Source: Elusimicrobiota bacterium (GTDB lineage Bacteria > Elusimicrobiota > Elusimicrobia > UBA1565). From it: a stretch of DNA of 14,193 nt. The DNA is taken from NCBI GenBank assembly GCA_043819795.1, contig JBDREN010000009.1, forward strand, positions 1 to 14,193, given 5' to 3'. The notes under the pieces are model-generated. The model had not been told where the DNA came from. It ran no database searches and saw nothing but the letters and a program-made list of their open reading frames with translations. The translations under genes were made by a program, and so were the position numbers. Below, piece after piece: positions 7,601 through 14,193 of the stretch. Each line of letters opens with the position of its first letter. The first letter of the stretch is position 1.

Positions 7601-9443
7601 CTCGGCCGTGGGCGGCTTCACGCAGAACGGCCTTTCCCCCAACACGCCTTCCAGCGTCGTCGTCGAGGGATTCAACACCCTGGGCACCGGCCCTCGCTCC
7701 GAGCCGAGCTCCGTCGTTTACACGCTCGCCAATCCGCCGGCCGGCACCGCCGCCTCCAGCGTCCGGGTGACGAGCGCGAAGATCGACTGGGGGATCAACG
7801 GCAATCCGGCCGCCACGACGGCCCAGCTGGAGCGCTCCCCGGACGGCGCCTCCTTCACGAGCGTATTCACCGGGTTCGCCACGGCGTTCACCGATTCCGG
7901 GCTGTCGGGCTGCTCCACCTATTATTACAGGGCGCGCAACGTGAACGCCGCCGGGGTGGCCACGGCCTACGACGCGACGATCCTCCTCAAGACCGAGGCC
8001 GCCGTCCCCCTGGGGGCCGGGAACCTGGAGGCGACGCCGCTCGAAGGCAACCGCGTCGCGCTCTCCTGGGCGCCGTCACCGTCGGAGGGCGTCATCGAGT
8101 ACCGGCTGTACTTCGATGCCGGCACCGGCGTCATCGACTACGACACCCCGCTGGCCGTCCTGTCCTCGACCGAGACCGCGTATACCACCGATGTGCTCGT
8201 GTCGAGCCCGGCCTATCGGTTCGGGCTGCGCGCCTATAACAGCTGCGGGGTGGAGGAGGGGAACACGAGCGTCCTGGCCTCGGCTCCGGCTCTCAACAGC
8301 CTGACCGGGGTGCAGGCCGCCATCAAAGAGCCCAAGAGCGGGAAGCGCCTCAAGGGCAACAGCGTCACCATCGTCGCGGAGCTGTTTCTGGGCGACGAGG
8401 CTCAGACGAGGCGGATCCTGTTCCAATACAAGCCTTCCGCCGACACGGCCTGGTCGGACATCACCGCGGCCGACGTGAGCCATCCGAACCCCGATCCTTC
8501 CGGTCCCTTCTTCGTGCACTGGAACGCGGACGCCGTGACGCCCGGCGCCTACGACCTGAGGGCCGTGGCGAGCGACATCCAGGGAGAGCTCGACGCATGT
8601 CCGCCGAGCATCACCGTGATCGTCGATCCGGTGGATTTCGATATCAGCGAGACGAGCCTGGGCGGAGGCAAGGTCAGAAAGGAGCAGAAGGTCAACAACG
8701 CCGTCACCAACGAGGTCAAGGCCGCCGACGAGGGAACGAGCCAGGTGACCACCTTGAGCATCCCGGCCGGAGCCTTGAACGCTTCCACAGTCACCGTGTC
8801 GGTGGTCAACAACCCGACGGACGCCCCTGCGCCCCCCGAAGATGTCGAGGCAGTGAGCGTCGTGACCGAGATCACCTTGTCCAACGCCCAGCGCGGCCTG
8901 TCCAACGGGAAGAGCGCCGCGGTCACGCTGAGCTTCCCGGACCAGGACGGGGACGGGATCGTTGACGGGACGACGGTCCGCGCGGAGCAGCTCCGGATGT
9001 TCTCCTCGGAAAGCCCCGCGGGACCCTGGAAGAGGGACCTCTCCTGCAGCGTGGACCTCTCGAAGAGGACGGTCACCGGCATGACGAGGCATTTCAGCTT
9101 CTTCGCGCTGTTCGCCCCGGCGGCGTCCTCTTTGAGCGCGGTGCGGGCCTATCCCGTGCCCTTCATGCCCAACAGCGGCGACCCGGACGACGGGGCGCCC
9201 TACAGCCCGGGCGACCCCGACTCGGGGATCATCTTCGACAATCTGCCGGCTTCCGTGGAGATCAAGGTCTACACGCTGACGGGCCAGCTTGTGGCGGGCT
9301 TCGGGTCGGGTAGCTCCGGCAACAAGCTGCGGTGGGACGTGAGAAATGACGGCGGCGAGGACGTGGCTTCCGGGCTCTACTTCGCCGTGATATCGGGCTC
9401 CGGCGAGTCGCCGGTGGTCAAGAAGCTTCTGATCGTAAGATGA
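1680..9443 (+). CDS. Giant secreted surface protein / putative adhesin (2587 aa) with fibronectin type III repeats and a C-terminal FlgD-Ig / T9SS-type sorting domain
   Basis: Sec-type signal peptide (RLLVTAIAAALPALPCAAA); one FN3 (YTETGLTPGSEYFRYIAAV); two ~365-aa beta-rich repeats; seven 177-aa double-FN3 units; one more FN3; an Ig-like domain (HWNADAVTPGAYDLRAVASD); a DQDGDGIVD Ca-binding-type loop (8940-8966) in a domain ending RHFSFFALF; C-terminal VRAYPVPF...IKVYTLTGQLV...WDVRNDGGEDVASGLYF...KKLLIVR (9141-9440). The GTG start at 1680 has a weak RBS and is uncertain. Confidence 0.93.
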   Translation: MRGIETKAGIKGVPFYRLLVTAIAAALPALPCAAAPAPDFFTVSVQKTEIRWGWEYDDPAAVGFRIFGASSPEGPFSLIAGAEILGPHATTYTETGLTPGSEYFRYIAAVSGGGLMRGSIGLQVQTPGPGQGSEKVWSGRGRSGNASEGANWLGGMVPSDQEAVRFDATNSTKSCRWDLDRSILSSLAIKPGYGAAVTLAIPDLTIERGLLLESGVLSFNRAHVTVGGGWRQTAGTFMAGQSTVTLDTSIVSEPLDVTAASPFHHLVIGAGERWAVESEVNFLSPLIVTGNLTNRASRAGRFSGGPAVILGDMRLYGEGADWATGRYPLTVKGTLRLRGDDLEVSSTLRLGTGVHIEAGGGEFVLTNGAVITSLAPGQRFYSFIVEEGGYLRLLHGSILSLDSGGIQVRGPMYWFSHIANITFDMVEPGATALNFLYETWSEQRVFDNLTFADPGIGTNIAAPRWKGGAQIIVIGFDGVRGGPSFENDPHDSITWVGGTRRVWAAETPGRASDGGNWSPAGTLQNDDEVVFDGSGGGDCDWDVEGISLSAIALEPDFTGTVSLAVSEMTVLESLTLAGGRLSFNDAHVTLAGDWTQTGGVFEAGRSTVTMDTALLGEDLSVMAHDPFHHLVIGAGGQWIDERAVTFLSPLTVSGDLTGGGGRAANLLGGPTVIHGDMRLQGGGAVWRTGPHSLEIGGTLRLEGSDIEVDSTLRLGTGVHLEGSGEFALINGSVITSIAPGESFYSFIVDEGASLRLARGAILSLDSGGIQMRGPMHPLSYIGNITFDSLQPGATALNFLYEATSEQRAFDNLTFADPGIGTNVAAPGWSESAQVIVSGFDGARGGPAFELDPHDVIVWIADDGKIAALPEALEDLAAAALDASSIRWTWQAAGSALSYDVFSAIDASAPLATVTGASFTRTGLSTNTAFGIMVRGVNEWGAGRIGALTTAYTLAERPDGLEITAASSDTISLSWSRASNPEGTVFELRRSVGEGFVPVLRGTATSVRQTGLRPLTEYAFMVGARNGDSVPTAFTAEASTMTLPPAPGEPAVSGGTALGVSSISWTWSRLPHASRYNVFRASDTSEALATTDSTAFVWTGLSVNADYGIVVQGLNEIGGGPLSGPSTAHTLAERPDSLEVTAASSATISLAWPATANPAGTLFELQRSVGEGFVTVLSGTATAAEQTGLRPGTPYIFRLRARNGDSRWTEYGAVASTTTLQLPPDGSAVPVGAALGESSISWTWAPLPRVSRYDVFRASDTSEPLVSTVSTGFAWGGLAPNTPYGVVVRGINATGEGPLSKASTAYTLAERPDGLEITAVSSAAVSLAWSAAGNPPGTVFELQRSVGEGFVTVLSGTAAAAAQTGLRPAAAYAFRVRALNGDQVPTGFGAEASATTLPPLPDRVGTPVAVALGVSSIAWTWGALPHAERYEVYCASSPSAPLGSVAAASHTLTGLSVNAAYGIVVKGLNETGEGLLSEPSTAHTLAARPAGLVITAVSSTSIALGWSADGNPEGTVYEVWRDTGAGFAVAAATTRTDFAVPGLAPTGVVAHKVRAFNHDSVPTSFSATVSTMTLPPLPGRPQTPSGVALGVSAIAWTWAALPHAAGYDIYSASSLSTLLASVRSASFARAGLSVNAAYGIVVQAVNASGRGPLSGPATVHTQAARPDGLRITAVSSTSVTLSWSAGANPAPTLYEVHRDTGTGFLAIGSTTLPRFADAGLAPESASAYQVRALNGDSKPTAFSSAVSTTTLPPALGAPRTPAGDALGVSSIAWTWAALPHAAAYRVYAASDTSEPLASVSSAGFTWTGLPANAGRAILVQGVNEAGAGPLSGTASAHTLAARPAALAIAAVSPAGLSLVWSANGNPEGTLYEVHRDAGAGFAAVAATTLTGFLDAEAAPAGAVRYRVRALNGASIPTGFTATLSTSDLPPLPGRPGPPAGAVLSTTSVLWTWSATASADGYRIFLAGSTGTWLGSSAVGGFTQNGLSPNTPSSVVVEGFNTLGTGPRSEPSSVVYTLANPPAGTAASSVRVTSAKIDWGINGNPAATTAQLERSPDGASFTSVFTGFATAFTDSGLSGCSTYYYRARNVNAAGVATAYDATILLKTEAAVPLGAGNLEATPLEGNRVALSWAPSPSEGVIEYRLYFDAGTGVIDYDTPLAVLSSTETAYTTDVLVSSPAYRFGLRAYNSCGVEEGNTSVLASAPALNSLTGVQAAIKEPKSGKRLKGNSVTIVAELFLGDEAQTRRILFQYKPSADTAWSDITAADVSHPNPDPSGPFFVHWNADAVTPGAYDLRAVASDIQGELDACPPSITVIVDPVDFDISETSLGGGKVRKEQKVNNAVTNEVKAADEGTSQVTTLSIPAGALNASTVTVSVVNNPTDAPAPPEDVEAVSVVTEITLSNAQRGLSNGKSAAVTLSFPDQDGDGIVDGTTVRAEQLRMFSSESPAGPWKRDLSCSVDLSKRTVTGMTRHFSFFALFAPAASSLSAVRAYPVPFMPNSGDPDDGAPYSPGDPDSGIIFDNLPASVEIKVYTLTGQLVAGFGSGSSGNKLRWDVRNDGGEDVASGLYFAVISGSGESPVVKKLLIVR
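2082..4260 (+). repeat. Intragenic tandem duplication, 2 x ~1.09 kb (beta-helix / passenger-like module)
   Basis: Copy 1 starts KVWSG..NAS..NW (Trp codon 2088) and copy 2 RVWAA..RAS..NW (Trp codon 3186). Shared blocks include PFHHLVIGAG, STLRLGTGVH, FYSFIV, ILSLDSGGIQ, PGATALNFLYE and FDNLTFADPGIGTN. Confidence 0.9.
4290..8000 (+). repeat. Seven tandem 531-nt (177-aa) double-FN3 units
   Basis: The first Trp codon of the S(S/A)I.WTW motif recurs at 4338, 4869, 5400, 5931, 6462, 6993 and 7524, exactly 531 nt apart each time. Confidence 0.95.
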
Positions 9444-10393
9444 GAATCCGGAAGATCATCCTTCTCGGCATTCTCGCCCTGGGCGGGCTCAGGGCGGCGC
9501 CGGCGCGCGCCGGCTCGGCCGGGGCCGATCCCCTCAATTTCCTCTTCCTGGACGCGAACGCCCGGGCGGTCGCGATGGGAGGAGCCTACACGGCTCTGGC
9601 GGCCGACGCGAACGCCCTGCTCTACAACCCGGCGGGCCTCGGGAGGATCGGACGGCACGAGGCCACCTTCATGCACAACGAGCACTTCGAAGGCGTCAGC
9701 CAGGAGTACATGGGGGTCGCGTTGCGGCAGGGATGGGGCCTGAACCTCAACTACGTGGACTCGGGGAAAGTGCCCAGGACCACGATCTCCAACAAGGACG
9801 GGACCGGCCTGGGGAGCACGGGGCTGAGGGACCTGGCGGTCGGGGCGGGCTACGGCCGGGCCGTGCGCGAGGACCTGGCGCTCGGCGCCGGGATCAAGTA
9901 CGTCAGCGAGGAGATCGCCGGAGTGAAGGCCGATGGTCTCGCGCTGGATTTCGGCGCGCTGTACTCGCCGCCGGGCCTAGAGCGCCTCACCCTCGGGCTC
10001 GCCGTGCAGAACATCGGACGCAAGGTGAAGTTCCAGAGCGAGGAGGAGAACCTGCCGCTCAACGCCCGGGCCGGGGCGGCGTACGCGTTCACGATGGGGG
10101 GACAGAAGAGCCTGGTGGCCGTCGACGTCACCAAGGAGCGGAGCGAGGACGTCCTCCTCAGCGCGGGGGCCGAGACCGTCGTCGCGGGCATGATGCCCGT
10201 GAGGCTGGGATACAGCGCCCGCAACGACGCCGGCCCGGGACTGAGCATCGGGTTGGGATGGGCCCTCAAGGACCTGCAGATGGACTACGCGTTCGTGCCT
10301 TTCGGGGATCTGGGTTCGGCCCACCGCCTCAGCGCCACCTTGAGGTGGGGCGAGGGCGGCGAGCCGGCCCGCGGCACGGGAGGTTCCCGGTAG
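9440..10393 (+). CDS. PorV/PorQ-family (FadL-like) outer-membrane beta-barrel protein
   Basis: Signal peptide MRIRKIILLGILALGGLRAAPARA; hallmark FL..NARAVAMGGAYTALA.DANALLYNPAGL; alternating beta-strands; C-terminal DYAFVPFGDLGSAHRLSATLRW. The start overlaps the upstream stop (ATGA, 9440-9443). Confidence 0.9.
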   Translation: MRIRKIILLGILALGGLRAAPARAGSAGADPLNFLFLDANARAVAMGGAYTALAADANALLYNPAGLGRIGRHEATFMHNEHFEGVSQEYMGVALRQGWGLNLNYVDSGKVPRTTISNKDGTGLGSTGLRDLAVGAGYGRAVREDLALGAGIKYVSEEIAGVKADGLALDFGALYSPPGLERLTLGLAVQNIGRKVKFQSEEENLPLNARAGAAYAFTMGGQKSLVAVDVTKERSEDVLLSAGAETVVAGMMPVRLGYSARNDAGPGLSIGLGWALKDLQMDYAFVPFGDLGSAHRLSATLRWGEGGEPARGTGGSR

Positions 10394-10646
10394 ACGGATG
10401 GGACGCCATACACGGGAATCCCAAGGAGGAGACGGGATGACGACGGCACCGCCGGTGATCCGAGTCTTGCCCGGCGCCCGGGCGCAGGCAGGCGACGCCG
10501 TCTCGGGGGGATGCCGCCATCGGACGCCGGTCCGCCCGTCCGTGCCGGTCCCGGGCGGTGAGGAAGACAATCCGCGAGGCGCCCGCGCCTCCTTCGGTCC
10601 GGCGTATCCGCGGCGACGCCACGCCGCGCGCAAGTGGGAGGTCCGC

Positions 10647-11363
10647 ATGGCAAGCGTGATGCAGTTGGCCGAGCACTGGATCCTGCATGGAGACACGACG
10701 AATTCCACCCAGTTCTTCTGGCTATTGACGAAGGCTATCGAGCGGGATCCCGCCCTCTTCTCCCGCGCCACCTCCGCGTATTGCACGCATATGGAGGATC
10801 TCTTCAGGACCGCCGAGCAGCTCGCGCAGACGGACCTCCCGTTCTCGAGGATCGCCAACACCATGGGCGACGGCTTCTTCCTGCTGGGCCGGCCCGGACG
10901 CGGCAGCCGGCACATCACCGACGAGGCCTCGGACCTCCTGATCGCCTCGAGGAAGGTCAAGGAGACGGGCGACCGGATCCTCGCGTCTTTGAGGGACGAA
11001 TGCGTGGGATGGTATCCGTCGGTCACCGACGAGGCGTTCCCGTCCCTCGAGCTTAAGATCGTGCTCCATCAAGGCCATCTCGCCAGCGCCCGGCTCTCAG
11101 GCCACTTCGTCGGGGACACCGTCAATTACTGCAGCCGCGTCGCGGCCTCCGCGTTCGACGACGGGCGGACGGACCGCATCGTCTTCACCGACAGCCTCTT
11201 CGAGGTGCTGCCGGAGGACATCAAAGAGAGGACCCGGCGCTACGGCCGGCCGGTCCCGGTCAAGAACTACCCGAAGAAGGACGGCCCTCATTGCCCGCTG
11301 CGGCCCCGGGAGGTCTACGGCGTCCCGCTGTCCGACGACGATTTCTGGACGGCGCTGGGCTGA
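10647..11363 (+). CDS. Stand-alone class III nucleotidyl (adenylate/guanylate) cyclase-domain protein, atypical
   Basis: ILHGDTTNST (first metal Asp, 10692), NTMGDGFFL (second Asp, 10869), LKIVLHQG (cf. RIGIHxG), HFVGDTVNYCSRV (Asn 11124, Arg 11136). RBS GGAGG is 5 nt before ATG 10647. An in-frame alternative ATG at 10437 also has an RBS (AAGGAGG). Confidence 0.8.
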   Translation: MASVMQLAEHWILHGDTTNSTQFFWLLTKAIERDPALFSRATSAYCTHMEDLFRTAEQLAQTDLPFSRIANTMGDGFFLLGRPGRGSRHITDEASDLLIASRKVKETGDRILASLRDECVGWYPSVTDEAFPSLELKIVLHQGHLASARLSGHFVGDTVNYCSRVAASAFDDGRTDRIVFTDSLFEVLPEDIKERTRRYGRPVPVKNYPKKDGPHCPLRPREVYGVPLSDDDFWTALG

Positions 11364-11531
11364 TATCCCGGCCGGCCGGATTCCTCCCACCGCCGGAACC
11401 TCACGTACTCGTCGAACACGGGAAAGGCCGCCCAACAGACCGAAGAGAGCCATAAGGCGCTTGAGGACCAGCTGCAGCAGACAGACAACTGATGCCTGAC
11501 GACGGGATGCCTTGCCTTGGGTCAAGCCCGT

Positions 11532-13601
11532 TCAGGGCTTAATCTTGACGCCAAGAGATTCGACTGCCTTCGCGTATTCGGGCTTGAGCCTCAGGGCCTC
11601 TGTGAAGGCGGTCCTGGCCGTCCGTAGGTCGCCATTCCGGAAGGCAGCCTCTCCTAAACTCAGGTGATACAACGCACTGTCGGGAGAAAGACGGGCCGCT
11701 GTGCGGAGCAGCGGCACGGCCTTTTCAAGTTGACCCACCCTCATCAGGAGCTCCCCGACACCGTGGATGGCTCGGGCATTCTCCGGCTTGATTCGCAGGA
11801 CTTCCTTGTAGTATTTGAGCGCATCTTCGTAGCGCCCCATCTGCATGCACGCAAACGCCAGGTTCAGGAGGGTGTTGAGATGGTGAGGATAGGCAGACAA
11901 GACGGCTTCATACATCGGAACGGCCTTTTCAGGATCCCCCATTCTCAGATGAGCGCTTCCAACCGGAAACAGCACTTTCTTGCGAAAAGGGTTGTACCGG
12001 TAGGCCGCCAGCCCCGCCACCGCGACCATCCTCCACTGCTGTGTCGCACTGAAGCCGGCGATGCGGGAAAAGCAGTATTCCGCAAGGATCCTCCGGGACT
12101 GCCAGGTGAGCAAACCGGCAGTCAGGCAGAAAACCATTACTGAAACCACGGCCGCCTTCCATCCCGAAAGCCGGAGCCACACAGACCCCTGCAAGGGGGG
12201 GGACAGCGCCCCTAAGATTCCCAGATAGGACGCAAAGACCAACGGAGGCACGGCACGATTGAATGGGAAACTGACCATCGCGTTGGCGAGCAGGCCCGCC
12301 GTGCTCACCCCGATCGCCAATAGGCACGACTGCGCCCATGGATCCGATTCCTTGCGGAAGATACGCCAGAAAGAGGCAAAGACGCTCCAGCCCAGCCAGA
12401 GGAGCAACACGAGACCCACAGCGCCCGTTTCAGCCAGCACTTGGAGATAGTCGTTATGAACATGGCTGAGGAATTTCTTTTCGCCGTACCCCCAGTTCAC
12501 GACTCCTCTTCGGCTGTAGTCCGGATAATGGACCTTGGCGTTCCCGAGCCCAACGCCGCGAAGAGGGGAATCCCGCGCCATCTCCAGGATGTTTCTCCAG
12601 ATGGCGAATCTGAGACGAATGGAACCAGTCGCGATATGCTCTTGGGGCGAATCGTGGAAGGGCCTCCGCGCAGGCCCTTCAGATAGGGCTGCCCACGTAG
12701 CGGAAAGCCGACGGACGGTGCCGTCTCTCTCAGGATTGACGTTCGATCCTCTAGTCCCCACAAGAGCCGCGAAGAGCACCGCTCCAGCGATCCCTGCGAC
12801 GATCTTCGCTCGACTCAGTCGCGCGCCCTTGGGGAAGGGGCGGGGACGGGCCCAAAGAAGAGCCCCCGCAACGATGGCTTGGACACCGACAACCAGCACC
12901 GCCGCACGCGAACTGGTCCAAAACAGATAGAGGCATGCGGTCCAAAAAGCCAACGAATACATCCAGAAAGACCTGCGGTGGTCGCTGGTGAGCCAAGCGA
13001 AGGCCGCTAAGGGCAACGTCAGCGCCACGAAATGGACAGCGATATTCCGGTGGCCAAAGGTGGACGCGGGCGGCAGACTCTGAGGGATCCGATTCACCCA
13101 CGGCGCGTCCAAATACTGCAGGATTCCCAAAACCGAAACAGCAAAGCCGGACCATAGGAAGGCCCGCAAGACGAACCGGATATCGCGGACGCCGCGCAGC
13201 GTGCGCGCGGCATAGAAACAGACTGCGGCGCACGCGGCCCAGTGAAGCCAGGTCTCCAAGCCCTCGTAGCGGTTATGCGCCCAAACGATGGAAAGGCCGC
13301 ACCAGCCGAGGAACGCCAGAAGCGGAAGGGAAAATCCTGTTTTGAGGCTCCTGAGCCCGCCGCTCCGAATAGCCCTCCAGCACGCCACACACACGAGGGC
13401 CGCGGCCAAGGACTGGATGAAAGCGGATTGGGGGAGGTAGCAGGCATCCTCCAAACCACCCCAAAAGAGCCTGTAGTCTATGACGAAAGGCGCCAGGCCG
13501 ACTGAAACCGCGAAGGCTACGACTTCGCGGTCTCGCGGCGCGTCCTTCGGTGTTTCCACTGGCGCGTATTTTCTCAACAAAAGTTCTATGCTGGCGCTCA
13601 C
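11532..13601 (-). CDS. O-antigen ligase / O-oligosaccharyltransferase-like (Wzy_C) polytopic membrane protein with C-terminal TPR repeats
   Basis: About 12 hydrophobic segments; motifs STFGHRN, TSSRAA, R.AIW...LEM..DSPL.GVGLGN and HVHNDYLQVLAETGAVG; C-terminal TPRs (e.g. NLAFACMQMGRYEDALKYYKEVLRIKPEN). Start is uncertain: the GTG at 13601 was chosen, the ORF is open to 13661. Confidence 0.9.
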   Translation of the reverse strand: MSASIELLLRKYAPVETPKDAPRDREVVAFAVSVGLAPFVIDYRLFWGGLEDACYLPQSAFIQSLAAALVCVACWRAIRSGGLRSLKTGFSLPLLAFLGWCGLSIVWAHNRYEGLETWLHWAACAAVCFYAARTLRGVRDIRFVLRAFLWSGFAVSVLGILQYLDAPWVNRIPQSLPPASTFGHRNIAVHFVALTLPLAAFAWLTSDHRRSFWMYSLAFWTACLYLFWTSSRAAVLVVGVQAIVAGALLWARPRPFPKGARLSRAKIVAGIAGAVLFAALVGTRGSNVNPERDGTVRRLSATWAALSEGPARRPFHDSPQEHIATGSIRLRFAIWRNILEMARDSPLRGVGLGNAKVHYPDYSRRGVVNWGYGEKKFLSHVHNDYLQVLAETGAVGLVLLLWLGWSVFASFWRIFRKESDPWAQSCLLAIGVSTAGLLANAMVSFPFNRAVPPLVFASYLGILGALSPPLQGSVWLRLSGWKAAVVSVMVFCLTAGLLTWQSRRILAEYCFSRIAGFSATQQWRMVAVAGLAAYRYNPFRKKVLFPVGSAHLRMGDPEKAVPMYEAVLSAYPHHLNTLLNLAFACMQMGRYEDALKYYKEVLRIKPENARAIHGVGELLMRVGQLEKAVPLLRTAARLSPDSALYHLSLGEAAFRNGDLRTARTAFTEALRLKPEYAKAVESLGVKIKP

Positions 13602-13684
13602 GCGCCCAAGGACTGCTATTTTACATAATACGCATCTTTGACGAGCAGGACCTCGGCACATCGCTGTCTATCCGTCGTGCTGAG

Positions 13685-13927
<243 letters not shown>

Positions 13928-14005
13928 ATAATGGGGGTTTTCGGCTTTCCGACGCAGGTCCGCTCGAATATCGGAATATCTTTATTATTAAAGGCTAATG
14001 TGGCT

Positions 14006-14032
14006 TGCATCCAGCTGCATCCGCATACATCC
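14006..14032 (+). repeat. Three helically phased direct repeats T(G/A)CATCC; putative integrase arm or excisionase sites
   Basis: TGCATCC at 14006, TGCATCC at 14016 and TACATCC at 14026, a period of exactly 10 nt, ~80-105 nt from the att core and next to an AT-rich tract (13967-13993). Confidence 0.55.
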
Positions 14033-14193
14033 GTTGACACCTGTTTTCACTGCGAGTTGGGTCGAGTAGGGCGATGGCGCATCCACACGGAGTACTGGTC
14101 AATTTGACTCACCTTGCAACCGTGAGCCGCGCATTGTCGTTTAAGCGCCTGCGCCAGGGCGCCCAGGTCCGCTGATGTTTCCATCGCCCCCTC

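Noticed and set aside
2082..8000. Diversity-generating retroelement template/variable repeat pair
   Set aside because: The repeats are in-frame domain duplications with differences at all base types, and there is no reverse transcriptase in the window.
5297..8239. 980-aa alternative-frame ORF inside the giant gene
   Set aside because: Arg/Gly/Pro-rich shadow frame expected from high GC3; its periodicity only mirrors the FN3 repeats.
2799..9092. Long antisense ORFs (754, 459, 338 aa and others)
   Set aside because: They lie opposite a clearly real gene, show no motifs, and stop codons are scarce in GC-rich antisense frames.
10398..10436. ORF-track start at 10398 for the cyclase
   Set aside because: No RBS; better-supported ATGs exist at 10437 and 10647.
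10647..13601. Pycsar anti-phage system
   Set aside because: No co-oriented cNMP-binding TM or TIR effector next to the cyclase; the downstream gene is convergent and unrelated.
14047..14193. Small minus-strand ORF METSADLGALAQALKRQC... (45 aa, frame open to the window edge)
   Set aside because: Too short and without a recognisable motif; it may be the end of a gene outside the window but cannot be supported here.

Overview
GC-rich bacterial window. The architecture (giant FN3 protein with a FlgD/T9SS-like C-terminal domain followed by a PorV-like barrel) suggests Elusimicrobiota or a similar lineage; this is inference. From left to right: (1) a decaying DUF559 nuclease gene between inverted BoxC/REP-like palindromic repeats; (2) a membrane-anchored zinc-ribbon protein on the minus strand; (3) a divergent control region with a palindromic operator, a near-consensus sigma70 promoter and a c-di-GMP-I (GEMM)-fold riboswitch whose pocket reads G20/G47/C92 instead of G/A/C; (4) a 2587-aa secreted surface protein (two ~365-aa beta-rich repeats, about 16 FN3 domains including seven 531-nt units, and a C-terminal sorting domain) translationally coupled to a PorV/PorQ-family gene; (5) a stand-alone class III nucleotidyl cyclase with non-canonical base-selecting residues; (6) a convergent, lower-GC O-antigen-ligase/TPR gene; (7) a large serine recombinase remnant; (8) the 3' 49 nt of tRNA-Ala(CGC), marking the att junction of an integrated element that continues off the right edge. 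The best candidate for a new system is the co-oriented set of variant cyclic-dinucleotide riboswitch, giant adhesin/PorV pair and atypical cyclase.
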